32,000 nucleotides of DNA from Fastidiosibacter lacustris (GCF_003428155.1 NZ_QLIR01000013.1:1-32000); one strand, 5' to 3'. Shown: positions 1-7,678, numbered from the stretch's first letter. A program made the numbers and translations. Notes: generated by a model from the sequence alone, not told the origin.

Positions 1-271
1 CTCAATGAAATTAAAATCTACATCCTAACTCCATCTCCATTACACTAACTACAATCCACAAAATCTATCGCTCAAAGTATTCAAGTATCTACACTTCATA
101 TCTCTTTCAAACATCCTTTAAAACCCTTATCCAGAGCCCTCTCACCAAACACTCTCAGTGACAACGAGTCGCCATTATACACACACATCAATTCCCCGCA
201 AGCGCTTTTTTTAACTTTTTTTTAATTTTGTTTAATCGTGTTTGAAAAATCGTCATACAGCTGTTTTCATT

Positions 272-300
272 TTTACTTTGTTTAAAAACTTCCATACAAT
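272..300 (+). promoter_or_regulatory. candidate sigma70 promoter for kdsD (TTTACT-17-TACAAT)
   Basis: -35-like TTTACT at 272-277, a 17-nt spacer, then -10 TACAAT at 295-300, about 36 nt upstream of the ATG at 337. Sequence match only. Confidence 0.3.
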
Positions 301-336
301 ACAGGCATTTGATTTTCCATACTAACTTATAACGTT

Positions 337-1311
337 ATGACTCTAAACCACCCTTTTGTTATTGACGCACTGCAAACGATTTCTTTGGAAATAGAAAGTC
401 TATGTCACCTAAAACAATATATTGATGATAACTTTATTAAGGCCTGTGAAACAATACTTAAATGCAAGGGGCGTGTAATCATCATTGGTATGGGCAAATC
501 TGGTCACATTGCCTCTAAAATTGCAGCCACCCTAGCCAGTACAGGGACCCCTTCCTTTTTTGTTCACCCAGCTGAAGCAGGTCACGGCGATTTCGGCATG
601 ATTACCAAAGAAGACATCGTCATTGGTATCTCTAACTCAGGCTCCACTCCTGAATTAACTGCACTAATTCCTATGATTAAGCGTTTACATATTCCTCTTA
701 TTTCAATTTCAAGCAAAACTCATTCACCACTTGCACAAGCTGCTGATATTTCATTAAACCTAGGGGTTACCAAGGAAGCATGTCCACACAACCTTGCACC
801 AACCTCAAGCACAACCGCAGCACTCGTACTTGGAGACGCGCTTGCAATTGCTTTATTAAATGCCAAAAACTTTACTGCTGAAGACTTTGCTATTTCTCAC
901 CCTAGCGGTTCATTAGGAAAACGTTTATTCCTCAAAGTTTCAGATCTGATGAAAGTAGGAAAAAACCTTCCAATTGTTGACCCTTCAAGTGGACTTGAAG
1001 ATGCTATCTTAGAAATAAGCAGCAAAGGTTTGGGTATGTGTTTAATTTCTCAAGATGGCAAAAAGCTGCAAGGCATCTTTACCGATGGCGATTTACGGCG
1101 TGTTTTTCAACATTCTTTATATCAAAAAGATATTCCCATCTCCGAGGTCATGAGCAAAAATCCCAAAACGATCCATCAACACGCAATGGCAACTGAAGCA
1201 CTTGAACTGATGAACCAGTTAAAAATTACAACGCTCGCTGCCGTTGATGATGATCAACATATTGCTGGAGTGATACATATGCACGACCTTATCCGTGAAG
1301 GTATAGCATAA
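337..1311 (+). CDS. kdsD: arabinose-5-phosphate isomerase (KdsD/KpsF/GutQ family)
   Basis: 324-aa ORF. The N-terminal SIS domain shows VIIIGMGKSGHIASKIAATLASTGTPSFF and GISNSGSTPE. Tandem CBS-like segments follow (VMSKNPKTI..., AAVDDDQHIAGVIHMHDLI). This is the typical KdsD/KpsF architecture. Confidence 0.9.
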   Translation: MTLNHPFVIDALQTISLEIESLCHLKQYIDDNFIKACETILKCKGRVIIIGMGKSGHIASKIAATLASTGTPSFFVHPAEAGHGDFGMITKEDIVIGISNSGSTPELTALIPMIKRLHIPLISISSKTHSPLAQAADISLNLGVTKEACPHNLAPTSSTTAALVLGDALAIALLNAKNFTAEDFAISHPSGSLGKRLFLKVSDLMKVGKNLPIVDPSSGLEDAILEISSKGLGMCLISQDGKKLQGIFTDGDLRRVFQHSLYQKDIPISEVMSKNPKTIHQHAMATEALELMNQLKITTLAAVDDDQHIAGVIHMHDLIREGIA

Positions 1312-1345
1312 GCAGAGTTACATCGCTACTATATCAAGCCTTATT

Positions 1346-2200
1346 TTACAGGTCGTCATATGCGGACGCTATGCTTACTTTTCCTGTATTTTTGAGGTAT
1401 ATGTGATTCTCTAAATTTTCTAAAGGAAAAATTAACGTTTGATAGCCTTTTATTACTTCTGTTGGCACTAACGGGAAATTGAGATAACCTGCACTAAAAG
1501 TTCACAACTTTCAAATAGATGAGTATAATAAGCAAAACCACTACAACCATAGCGACATCAATCATTATCAACCAGAAACTTACCTGCTGGTCATACTGAT
1601 AAATAATCAGATTCTATAAGGTCTAACTTATACACCCTAGCATTTCGAATGCGAGGACTCATCTCATCAGTAATAATACCTTCATATGTGTTTTGAATAT
1701 TCCTGTAAAGATAATATGGTCAATCCCAGCTACCAAAATCACAGGAGCATTAAAGTAGCATCTGTATTACGTGTTGCATAAAGCATAGGCCTGTTTAACG
1801 TCAGTTCGGCATAAATGTTTACTCTAGACGGTATCTCTAGAGATGTGATAAACAAACAACCTCGGAAATAATTATGCGGGTTAAAAAGACCAATTAGTTG
1901 ATCGTATTGTAAACATTTATGCTGAACTGAAGTTAAGAAAATAGAAACGTGTAAGAATATGATTTATTCAAGTACTTAAAACCTTAAAGGTAATTTTGTC
2001 TTAAGAAAATCAGCCACTAAAACAAAAAAACCTCACTTATCCTCCGAATTGTTAATAGAAATCAAACAAACACTTGACCACAAATGCAAAGGCAGTGGAG
2101 GTTGCCCGAGTTAGTAATACAAGGAGTGTTATAATTGTAAAAGAACAAGCCAAAACCAAAGAAACTTTGTGACGCCATTTGTCTTTAAAAGTGAAAGACA
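1346..2200 (-). pseudogene. probable decayed gene (family unidentified; N-terminal TM-like segment, multiple TGA stops and a frame change)
   Basis: Neither strand has an ORF of 60 aa or more across 1312-2248. On the minus strand a 53-codon ORF starts at ATG 2200 (MSFTFKDKWRHKVSLVLACSFTIITLLVLL...). One frame from 1740 down to 1471 reads DFGSWD*PYYLYRNIQNTYEGIITDEMSPRIRNARVYKLDLIESDYLSV*PAGKFLVDND*CRYGCSGFAYYTHLFESCELLVQVISISR, and all three internal stops are TGA. After a frame change it reads LVPTEVIKGYQTLIFPLENLENHIYLKNTGKVSIASAYDDL*, with the stop at 1346-1348. Confidence 0.35.
1795..1936. repeat. 142-bp palindromic element with 28-bp imperfect terminal inverted repeats (MITE/ERIC-like)
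   Basis: The left arm at 1795-1822 is ttaacgtcagttcggcataaatgtttac. The right arm at 1909-1936 is gtaaacatttatgctgaactgaagttaa, which matches the reverse complement at 26 of 28 positions (one mismatch would be a G-U pair in RNA). The 86-bp interior contains a second small hairpin (ctctaga 1822-1828 / tctagag 1836-1842). Confidence 0.85.
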
Positions 2201-2207
2201 TTACAAT
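2179..2207 (+). promoter_or_regulatory. candidate sigma70 promoter for the arn-like operon (TTGTCT-17-TACAAT)
   Basis: TTGTCT at 2179-2184, a 17-nt spacer, then TACAAT at 2202-2207, 42 nt upstream of the ATG at 2249. Sequence match only. Confidence 0.4.
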
Positions 2208-2248
2208 GCTAGACTTAGATACTCTAAAAGTTCATGATTAGGTAGGAC

Positions 2249-2620
2249 ATGACAATCATTATTTGGTGCTTGCTGTTGTTTGGCGTGTTTTTAAATGCGT
2301 GCGCACAGCTATTTTTGAAATTTGGCATGGAGCGTATTGGTACATTTAGTTTTACACTTGCTAACGTTTGGCCAATTGGTTGGAAAGTAGCAACAAACTA
2401 TTTTGTCATTTTAGGATTAGCGTGTTATGTCATAAGTGTAATCGTGTGGCTTATGGTTTTATCTCGCGTGCCGGTTGGACTAGCTTATCCAATGGTTTCA
2501 ATTGGTTATATTATCACGGCCATAGCAGGATACTTTTTATTAGGGGAGCCATTAACTGCAACACGCATAGCGGGTATTTTTGTAATTATTTTGGGTGTTT
2601 ATTTGGTTGCAAAACCATAG
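2249..2620 (+). CDS. arnE: SMR/EamA-type small membrane protein, ArnE/ArnF-like undecaprenyl-phosphate-aminoarabinose flippase subunit
   Basis: 123 aa with four predicted TM helices. The segment LSRVPVGLAYPMVSIGYI matches the ArnE signature LQNVPVGIAYPMLS as I recall it from E. coli. It is the first gene of the arnB-arnC-arnA string. Confidence 0.65.
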   Translation: MTIIIWCLLLFGVFLNACAQLFLKFGMERIGTFSFTLANVWPIGWKVATNYFVILGLACYVISVIVWLMVLSRVPVGLAYPMVSIGYIITAIAGYFLLGEPLTATRIAGIFVIILGVYLVAKP

Positions 2621-2664
2621 ATAGAAAGTGGCCAAGTGTTTGTAAAAAAAAAACGAGATAAAAA

Positions 2665-3816
2665 ATGAGAGAAACCTTTTTACCGTTTGCCAAGCCAAGC
2701 TTGTCAGAAGAAGCAATTTCAGAGGTGGTTGATAGCTTACGCTCAGGCTGGTTGACCACAGGTCCTAAGCTTAAAAAATTTGAAGCCATGCTGCGGGAAT
2801 ATCATAAGGTACAGTATGCGCTATGTCTAAGCTCTGCCACAGCGGGGTTACAGTTAGCTTTAATGGCATTAGAGCTCAAACCGGGTGATGAAGTTATTAC
2901 CACACCGATGACCTTTGCAGCGACTTTAAATGTGATCGAAATCGTTGGTGCAACAGTCAAACTTGTTGATGTTGATAGAGGAACTTACAATATTGACATC
3001 AATAACATTGAGGCGGCAATTACGGATAAAACTCGCGTAATCATGCCAGTGCATTTTGCAGGACTCCCTGTTGATTTAGATCCAATTTATTCATTAGCTC
3101 AAAAGTATAATTTAACCGTTATAGAGGATGCAGCACATTCAATTGGAGCTGAATATAAAGGGCGAAAAATTGGTAGTTTCGGTGATATACAGGTCTTTAG
3201 TTTTCATCCAAATAAAAATATGACCACTGGTGAAGGTGGCTGTGTGGTAACAAGAGATAATGATGTTGCTAAACATATTTCGTTAACGCGCTTTCATGGA
3301 ATGGATCGTGAAGCCTGGAATCGTTTTGGCAAAGAAGGTAGTGCCCATTATCAAATTGTCTATCCTGGCTATAAATACAATATGATGGATTTACAAGCCG
3401 CCCTTGGTCTTCATCAATTACCATTTTTAGATGTATTTATTGAAAAACGTACTAAGCTAGTCAAGCGTTATTACCGAAAGCTTGCTGGTTTTGATCCACT
3501 TATTTTGCCTAAGCAACCTCAATATGTGCATAAACATGCGTGGCACTTATTTGCACCAACTTTAAATTCAGATGTTGCCAAAATCTCACGTGATGAGTTC
3601 ATGAGCAAATTAAAACAGATGAATATTGGCTGTAGTGTTCATTATGAAGCTGTACATTTATATCCCTATTACGCTAATAAATATGGGTTCAAGAAAGGTG
3701 ATTTTCCAAATGCAGAAGCCATTGGTGAAAATGTAGTTAGTTTACCTTTGTTTCCTGACATGACAGAGCGTGAACAAGATGATGTTTTAGAAGCTTTATA
3801 TACAATATTTAATTAA
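2665..3816 (+). CDS. arnB: UDP-4-amino-4-deoxy-L-arabinose--oxoglutarate aminotransferase (DegT/DnrJ/EryC1 family)
   Basis: 383 aa. It aligns by eye along the full length with E. coli ArnB: FLPFAKPSL...SGWLTTGPK, SSATAGLQLAL, GDEVITTPMTF, VIEDAAHS, FSFHPNKNMT (PLP lysine region), PGYKYNMMDLQAALG, HAWHLF and SLPLFPDMT. Confidence 0.88.
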   Translation: MRETFLPFAKPSLSEEAISEVVDSLRSGWLTTGPKLKKFEAMLREYHKVQYALCLSSATAGLQLALMALELKPGDEVITTPMTFAATLNVIEIVGATVKLVDVDRGTYNIDINNIEAAITDKTRVIMPVHFAGLPVDLDPIYSLAQKYNLTVIEDAAHSIGAEYKGRKIGSFGDIQVFSFHPNKNMTTGEGGCVVTRDNDVAKHISLTRFHGMDREAWNRFGKEGSAHYQIVYPGYKYNMMDLQAALGLHQLPFLDVFIEKRTKLVKRYYRKLAGFDPLILPKQPQYVHKHAWHLFAPTLNSDVAKISRDEFMSKLKQMNIGCSVHYEAVHLYPYYANKYGFKKGDFPNAEAIGENVVSLPLFPDMTEREQDDVLEALYTIFN

Positions 3817-3834
3817 AGTCGAAGGAGAAGCGCG

Positions 3835-4818
3835 ATGATAAAACCCTATTTAAGTGTAGTTATTCCAATATATAACGAGGAGGAAGTGCTACCAACGTTG
3901 TTTTCGCGCTTATTTTCAGCATTGGATAGCATTGGTAAAAGCTATGAGGTGATTTTTACCAATGATGGCAGTAAAGATAAATCAATAGAGCTACTCCGTA
4001 AAATACATAGTGAACGACCATCTCAGGTAAAAGTGATTAACTTTAATCGTAACTTTGGTCAGCATATGGCAATTATGGCGGGCTTTGAACATGTCGATGG
4101 AGAAGTAATTGTTACGATGGATGCTGATTTACAAAACTATCCTGAAGACATTCCTTTATTGCTTGAAAAGATTGATCAAGGACATGATGTAGTTGGCGGT
4201 TATCGTATGGATCGCCAAGATAAAAAATGGCGTCTATTTGTATCTAAATTGCATAACTTATTACGCTTAAAACTAACCGGTATCGATATGGTGGATGAAG
4301 GTTGTATGTTAAGAGCCTATACGCGTGAAGTAATTGATCGTGTGGTTGCCACAGGCGAAAATTCTACTTTCTTGCCAGCATTGGCACATAGTTTTTCATC
4401 TAACCCAACTGATGTAGGGGTACGTCATGCTGCTCGCACAGAAGGCAAATCAAACTACAATCTATATAAACTTATTCGCTATAATTTCGACTTTTTTGCT
4501 AACTTTTCAAAAGCACCACTTGAATTTTTCACAATATCAGGACTCCTTGTTTCACTTTTAAGTATCTTGCTTTTTGTTTACTTGATTATAAAGCGTTTGA
4601 TTGTAGGACCTGATGCGGATGGAGTGTTTACGCTTTTTGCGATCATGTACTTTTTAATTGGTATACTCTTGATGGGACTTGGTATCATTGGCGAATATAT
4701 CGGGCGAATTTATGAGGAAGTACGTAAACGCCCTCGCTTCATTATTAAGGAATACTTAATGCCAAAATCTGATCCAGCTGAAGAAAAATCAATTTCTTTA
4801 AAAAATGAGCACGAATAA
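3835..4818 (+). CDS. arnC: undecaprenyl-phosphate 4-deoxy-4-formamido-L-arabinose transferase-like GT2 (ArnC)
   Basis: 327 aa with an AAGGAG Shine-Dalgarno sequence upstream. It is collinear with E. coli ArnC: LSVVIPIYNEEE, NDGSKD, NRNFGQHMAIMAGFEHV, TMDADLQNYPEDIP, GCMLRAY, STFLPALA, two C-terminal TM helices, and GEYIGRIYEEVRKRPRF. Confidence 0.88.
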   Translation: MIKPYLSVVIPIYNEEEVLPTLFSRLFSALDSIGKSYEVIFTNDGSKDKSIELLRKIHSERPSQVKVINFNRNFGQHMAIMAGFEHVDGEVIVTMDADLQNYPEDIPLLLEKIDQGHDVVGGYRMDRQDKKWRLFVSKLHNLLRLKLTGIDMVDEGCMLRAYTREVIDRVVATGENSTFLPALAHSFSSNPTDVGVRHAARTEGKSNYNLYKLIRYNFDFFANFSKAPLEFFTISGLLVSLLSILLFVYLIIKRLIVGPDADGVFTLFAIMYFLIGILLMGLGIIGEYIGRIYEEVRKRPRFIIKEYLMPKSDPAEEKSISLKNEHE

Positions 4819-4857
4819 ACAAGCAAAAATACTGTTAAATAAAGCAAGGTAGAATAA

Positions 4858-5874
4858 ATGTCGACAAAGTTATTAGTTTTAGGTGTCAATGGTTTTATTG
4901 GCAGTAGTATGGTAGAAAAAATCTTGAAAGAAACGGATTGGGAAATTTATGGTATGGATTTATCCGATCATAAAGTTAAGGCATTTCTTGGTCATTCACG
5001 TCTACATTTTGTTAAAGACAATGTGTTAGAGAATATGCCATGGGTGGAAGAGCATATCAAAAAGTGTGATGTAATTTTTCCATTAGTTGCTGTTGCAAAT
5101 CCTGCATTGTATGTGTCTGATCCATTATTTGTTTATAAACTAGATTATGAATCAAATATCGATATCGTTAAGCTTTGTGTTAAGCATAAAAAGCATCTTG
5201 TTTTTCCATCTACCTCTGAGGTTTATGGTATGAGTAAAGATATTCCTTTTGATGAAGAGACAAGCTCGTTAGTAACTGGTCCAATCAATAAACAACGTTG
5301 GATTTATTCTTGTGTTAAGCAGCTTTTAGATCGTGTAATTTATGCCTATGGTATGCAAGAAAACTTAAATTATACCCTATTTAGACCATTTAATTGGATT
5401 GGACCCAAGCAGGATGAAATCAAGTCATCCCAAAAAGGTAGTGCTCGTGTATTGGCACAATTCGTTTCGAATATTATTGATGGTAAAGATTTACAACTTG
5501 TCGATGGAGGGAATCAACGTCGTTGTTTTACCTATATCGATGATGGGATCGATGCTTTGATTAAGATTGTAAAAAAACGTAATAATGAAGCACATAGACG
5601 TATTTTTAACATTGGCAATCCAGATAATGAGTATTCGATTAAAGTATTGGCAGAAATGACTATAGAAGCAATGAAGCGTTATCCTGAATATAAGGCACTT
5701 GCAGCATCAGTAAAAATCACTGCCACAACCGCAGGTAATTATTATGGGAATGGTTATCAGGATGTCGAGCGCCGTGTACCTTCAATTAAAAATGCAAGAA
5801 AATACCTTGATTGGTCACCAAAAGTATCAATGGAAGAAGCGTTACAAAGAACGTTGGATTACCATTTGGGCTAA
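4858..5874 (+). CDS. arnA: UDP-glucuronate decarboxylase, equivalent to the ArnA C-terminal dehydrogenase domain only (no formyltransferase domain)
   Basis: 338 aa. It aligns with E. coli ArnA residues from about 315 to the end: LVLGVNGFIGS, KKCDVIFPLVAVANP, FPSTSEVYGM, RWIYSCVKQLLDRVIYAYG, LFRPFNWIGP, RCFTYIDDGI, YYGNGYQDVERRVPSIKNA. The ORF begins directly at the Rossmann motif, so the N-terminal Fmt-like domain is absent. Confidence 0.88.
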   Translation: MSTKLLVLGVNGFIGSSMVEKILKETDWEIYGMDLSDHKVKAFLGHSRLHFVKDNVLENMPWVEEHIKKCDVIFPLVAVANPALYVSDPLFVYKLDYESNIDIVKLCVKHKKHLVFPSTSEVYGMSKDIPFDEETSSLVTGPINKQRWIYSCVKQLLDRVIYAYGMQENLNYTLFRPFNWIGPKQDEIKSSQKGSARVLAQFVSNIIDGKDLQLVDGGNQRRCFTYIDDGIDALIKIVKKRNNEAHRRIFNIGNPDNEYSIKVLAEMTIEAMKRYPEYKALAASVKITATTAGNYYGNGYQDVERRVPSIKNARKYLDWSPKVSMEEALQRTLDYHLG

Positions 5875-5989
5875 CGAAAAAGAAAGTCTCTTAGAATTTT
5901 TAATATTAACGATCGCGTTATTATGCAGTTAAGAAATTGGATACGTCTCAACTCAAAACCATCTCAAGCTAATGGGGCAACTTTAAAAC

Positions 5990-6757
5990 TTAACGATAAC
6001 AAATCGCAAGAGGTGCGTGATCTGAAAACCATTCATCCGTGTAGATGTATTCACTTATAACCTTTTCTTTCAAACAAGGTGAAATAAATTGATAATCGAT
6101 GCGCCAACCCACATTTTTAGCACGTGCTTGACCGCGATTTGACCACCAGGTATATTGATCAGGTTTTTGGTTAATAACCCTAAATGCATCTACCCAACCA
6201 ATGTTGTTAAAAACATGATCAAGCCAAGCACGTTCTTCAGGTAGTACACCTGATGTTTGTTGGTTTTGCTTCCAGTTTTTAATGTCAATTTCTTTATGAA
6301 CGATATTAATGTCACCACAGATAATAAAAGGCTTTTTTTGATTAATCTGTGTGATAAGTATATCTTGGTATTTGTTCAAAAAATCCATCTTATAAGCTTG
6401 GCGCTCATCACCACTAGACCCAGAAGGTATATAAATTGAAGCAATACTTAAATTGTCATAGTCAAATTGGATATAACGCCCTTCATCATCAGCCCAATCA
6501 ATACCAAGTTGCTGAATGACCTTATTAGGTTTACGTTTGGCATAGATAGCTACACCACTGTAACCTTTTTTGATCGCATCCGTAAAAGCATAATGGTAAC
6601 CTTTAGGAAAATAAATTGACTCATTTGCTAGTTGGTGGAATTGAGCTTTAGTTTCTTGGATACATAAGAAATCAGCATCTTGGTAATTGAACCAGTTTAA
6701 AAAGCCTTTTCTGATAGCAGAACGGATACCATTAGCATTAAATGATATTACTTTCAT
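5990..6757 (-). CDS. xthA: exodeoxyribonuclease III
   Basis: EEP-fold nuclease collinear with E. coli Xth: MKVISFNANGIRS, FLCIQETK, GYSGVAIY, IICGDINI, WWSNRG, RIDYQF, SDHAPL. The track ORF starts at a TTG at 6820. The homology-supported start is the ATG at 6757 (MKVISFN...). Confidence 0.9.
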   Translation of the reverse strand: MKVISFNANGIRSAIRKGFLNWFNYQDADFLCIQETKAQFHQLANESIYFPKGYHYAFTDAIKKGYSGVAIYAKRKPNKVIQQLGIDWADDEGRYIQFDYDNLSIASIYIPSGSSGDERQAYKMDFLNKYQDILITQINQKKPFIICGDINIVHKEIDIKNWKQNQQTSGVLPEERAWLDHVFNNIGWVDAFRVINQKPDQYTWWSNRGQARAKNVGWRIDYQFISPCLKEKVISEYIYTDEWFSDHAPLAICYR

Positions 6758-6776
6758 ATTTCTGTCCCCAAATAAA

Positions 6777-6799
6777 ACAAAAAAGCCCGCAATGCGAGC
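6777..6799 (-). terminator. intrinsic terminator-like hairpin after the Mip-like gene
   Basis: The minus-strand RNA reads GCUCGC-AUU-GCGGGC (6-bp stem with one G-U pair, at 6785-6799) followed by UUUUUUGU (6777-6784). It sits about 22 nt after the stop at 6821-6823. Confidence 0.5.
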
Positions 6800-6820
6800 T
6801 ATAAATAAGTGAATATTCAA

Positions 6821-7678
6821 CTATTTACTTGTGTTTTCCTTGGAGTCGTAACTGTCTTCTACTTTTTTATCAGTATCTGCTTTTTCAGTTTTAATTAGTT
6901 CAACTTTAAAACTTAATACTTGGTTCGGTCCGATTTGTGGTGGTGCCATTTCACCATAAGCTTGTGCTGGCGCACAGTATAAGATAACTGTAGAACCAAC
7001 TGGAATTTGACTAAGTGCATCTGTCCAGCATGGAATAACTTGATTTAAGGGGAAAGTAACAGACTTACCTGCCTTCTCAGAACTGTCAAACACTTTACCT
7101 AGAAGCTCGCCTTTGACAAGCTTAGCAGCAGCATCTTTAGTATCTTTAGCGTAGTCAGTAGCAGGAGTAGTACCAGTATAATTAACAGTCACTACATCAG
7201 TTTTAGAAGGAATTTCACCTTTACCTTTAGTAATAATTTGATAATAAATACCATCAGCAGCTTTCTTGACGGTTGCCATTTTAGCAATGTCAGCCATAAA
7301 CGTATCAGATGTTTTTAAGTTTGCTTCACTTTCAGCTTTCATTTTAGCTTGTGCTTTTTCAATCATTTCCATTTGGAAAGCTTGCATGGTTTCTTTAGAT
7401 TTGTCTTCACTAATTTTCGACTCTTTTCCAGATAAACCAGCTTTTAATCCTAAGTTAAGATCTTTGATATTCAACTTAATGTCTTGAGATTTAAAGCCTT
7501 TACCCATTTCATAACCGATGATATAACTAACATCATCCATATCGACTTTAGCGAGTTCAGCTTTCTTTTCAGCAACTGGCTTGTTTTTTGTTGCAGAGTT
7601 TGCGACTTGATCAGCAGCATAAGTTGTCATCGAACCAGCTAGAAACATTGCAGTTGTTAAAGCAATAATTTTTTTCAT
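6821..7678 (-). CDS. FKBP-type peptidyl-prolyl cis-trans isomerase, Mip/FkpA-like, secreted
   Basis: 285 aa with an AAGGAG Shine-Dalgarno sequence. It has a signal peptide (MKKIIALTTAMFLAGSMTTYAA), an N-terminal dimerisation/long-helix region, and a C-terminal FKBP domain (VTVNYTG...VFDSS, VTFPLNQVIPCW, AQAYG, LSFKVELI), collinear with Legionella Mip as I recall it. Confidence 0.85.
   Translation of the reverse strand: MKKIIALTTAMFLAGSMTTYAADQVANSATKNKPVAEKKAELAKVDMDDVSYIIGYEMGKGFKSQDIKLNIKDLNLGLKAGLSGKESKISEDKSKETMQAFQMEMIEKAQAKMKAESEANLKTSDTFMADIAKMATVKKAADGIYYQIITKGKGEIPSKTDVVTVNYTGTTPATDYAKDTKDAAAKLVKGELLGKVFDSSEKAGKSVTFPLNQVIPCWTDALSQIPVGSTVILYCAPAQAYGEMAPPQIGPNQVLSFKVELIKTEKADTDKKVEDSYDSKENTSK

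Noticed and set aside
1468-1740. The possibility that the three in-frame TGA codons mean TGA=Trp recoding (genetic code 4) or selenocysteine
   Set aside because: Every other gene in the window is a complete ORF under the standard code, and TGA serves as a genuine stop (for example the dehydratase at 21763-21765). The same frame also carries a TAG and a frame change, so decay is the simpler reading.
1931-2010. PmrA-box-like repeats upstream of the arn-like operon (CTTAAA at 1975 and 1983, CTTAAG at 2000, TTAAGAAAAT at 1933 and 2001)
   Set aside because: The spacing (8, 17 and 68 bp) does not fit the 11-bp periodic YTTAAK-N5-YTTAAK box. Repeats of 6-10 nt at this distance are expected by chance in AT-rich DNA. 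Two of them also fall on the end of the palindromic element.
2368-2789. Track ORFs 2368..2661 (+) and 2586..2789 (-) overlapping the arnE-like and arnB genes
   Set aside because: They are alternative-frame or antisense shadows of well-supported genes. They have odd composition, no ribosome-binding site, and no recognisable family.
6758-6820. N-terminal extensions in the longest-ORF calls. Examples are xth from TTG 6820, gpmI from 7826, the flavodoxin-like gene from 10904, the thioesterase from 20180, pilB from TTG 18326, the fis-like gene from 27521 and gltA from 23467
   Set aside because: Alignment by eye to known orthologues and the Shine-Dalgarno positions favour internal starts. The extensions are hydrophobic or odd and sometimes overlap the upstream gene.
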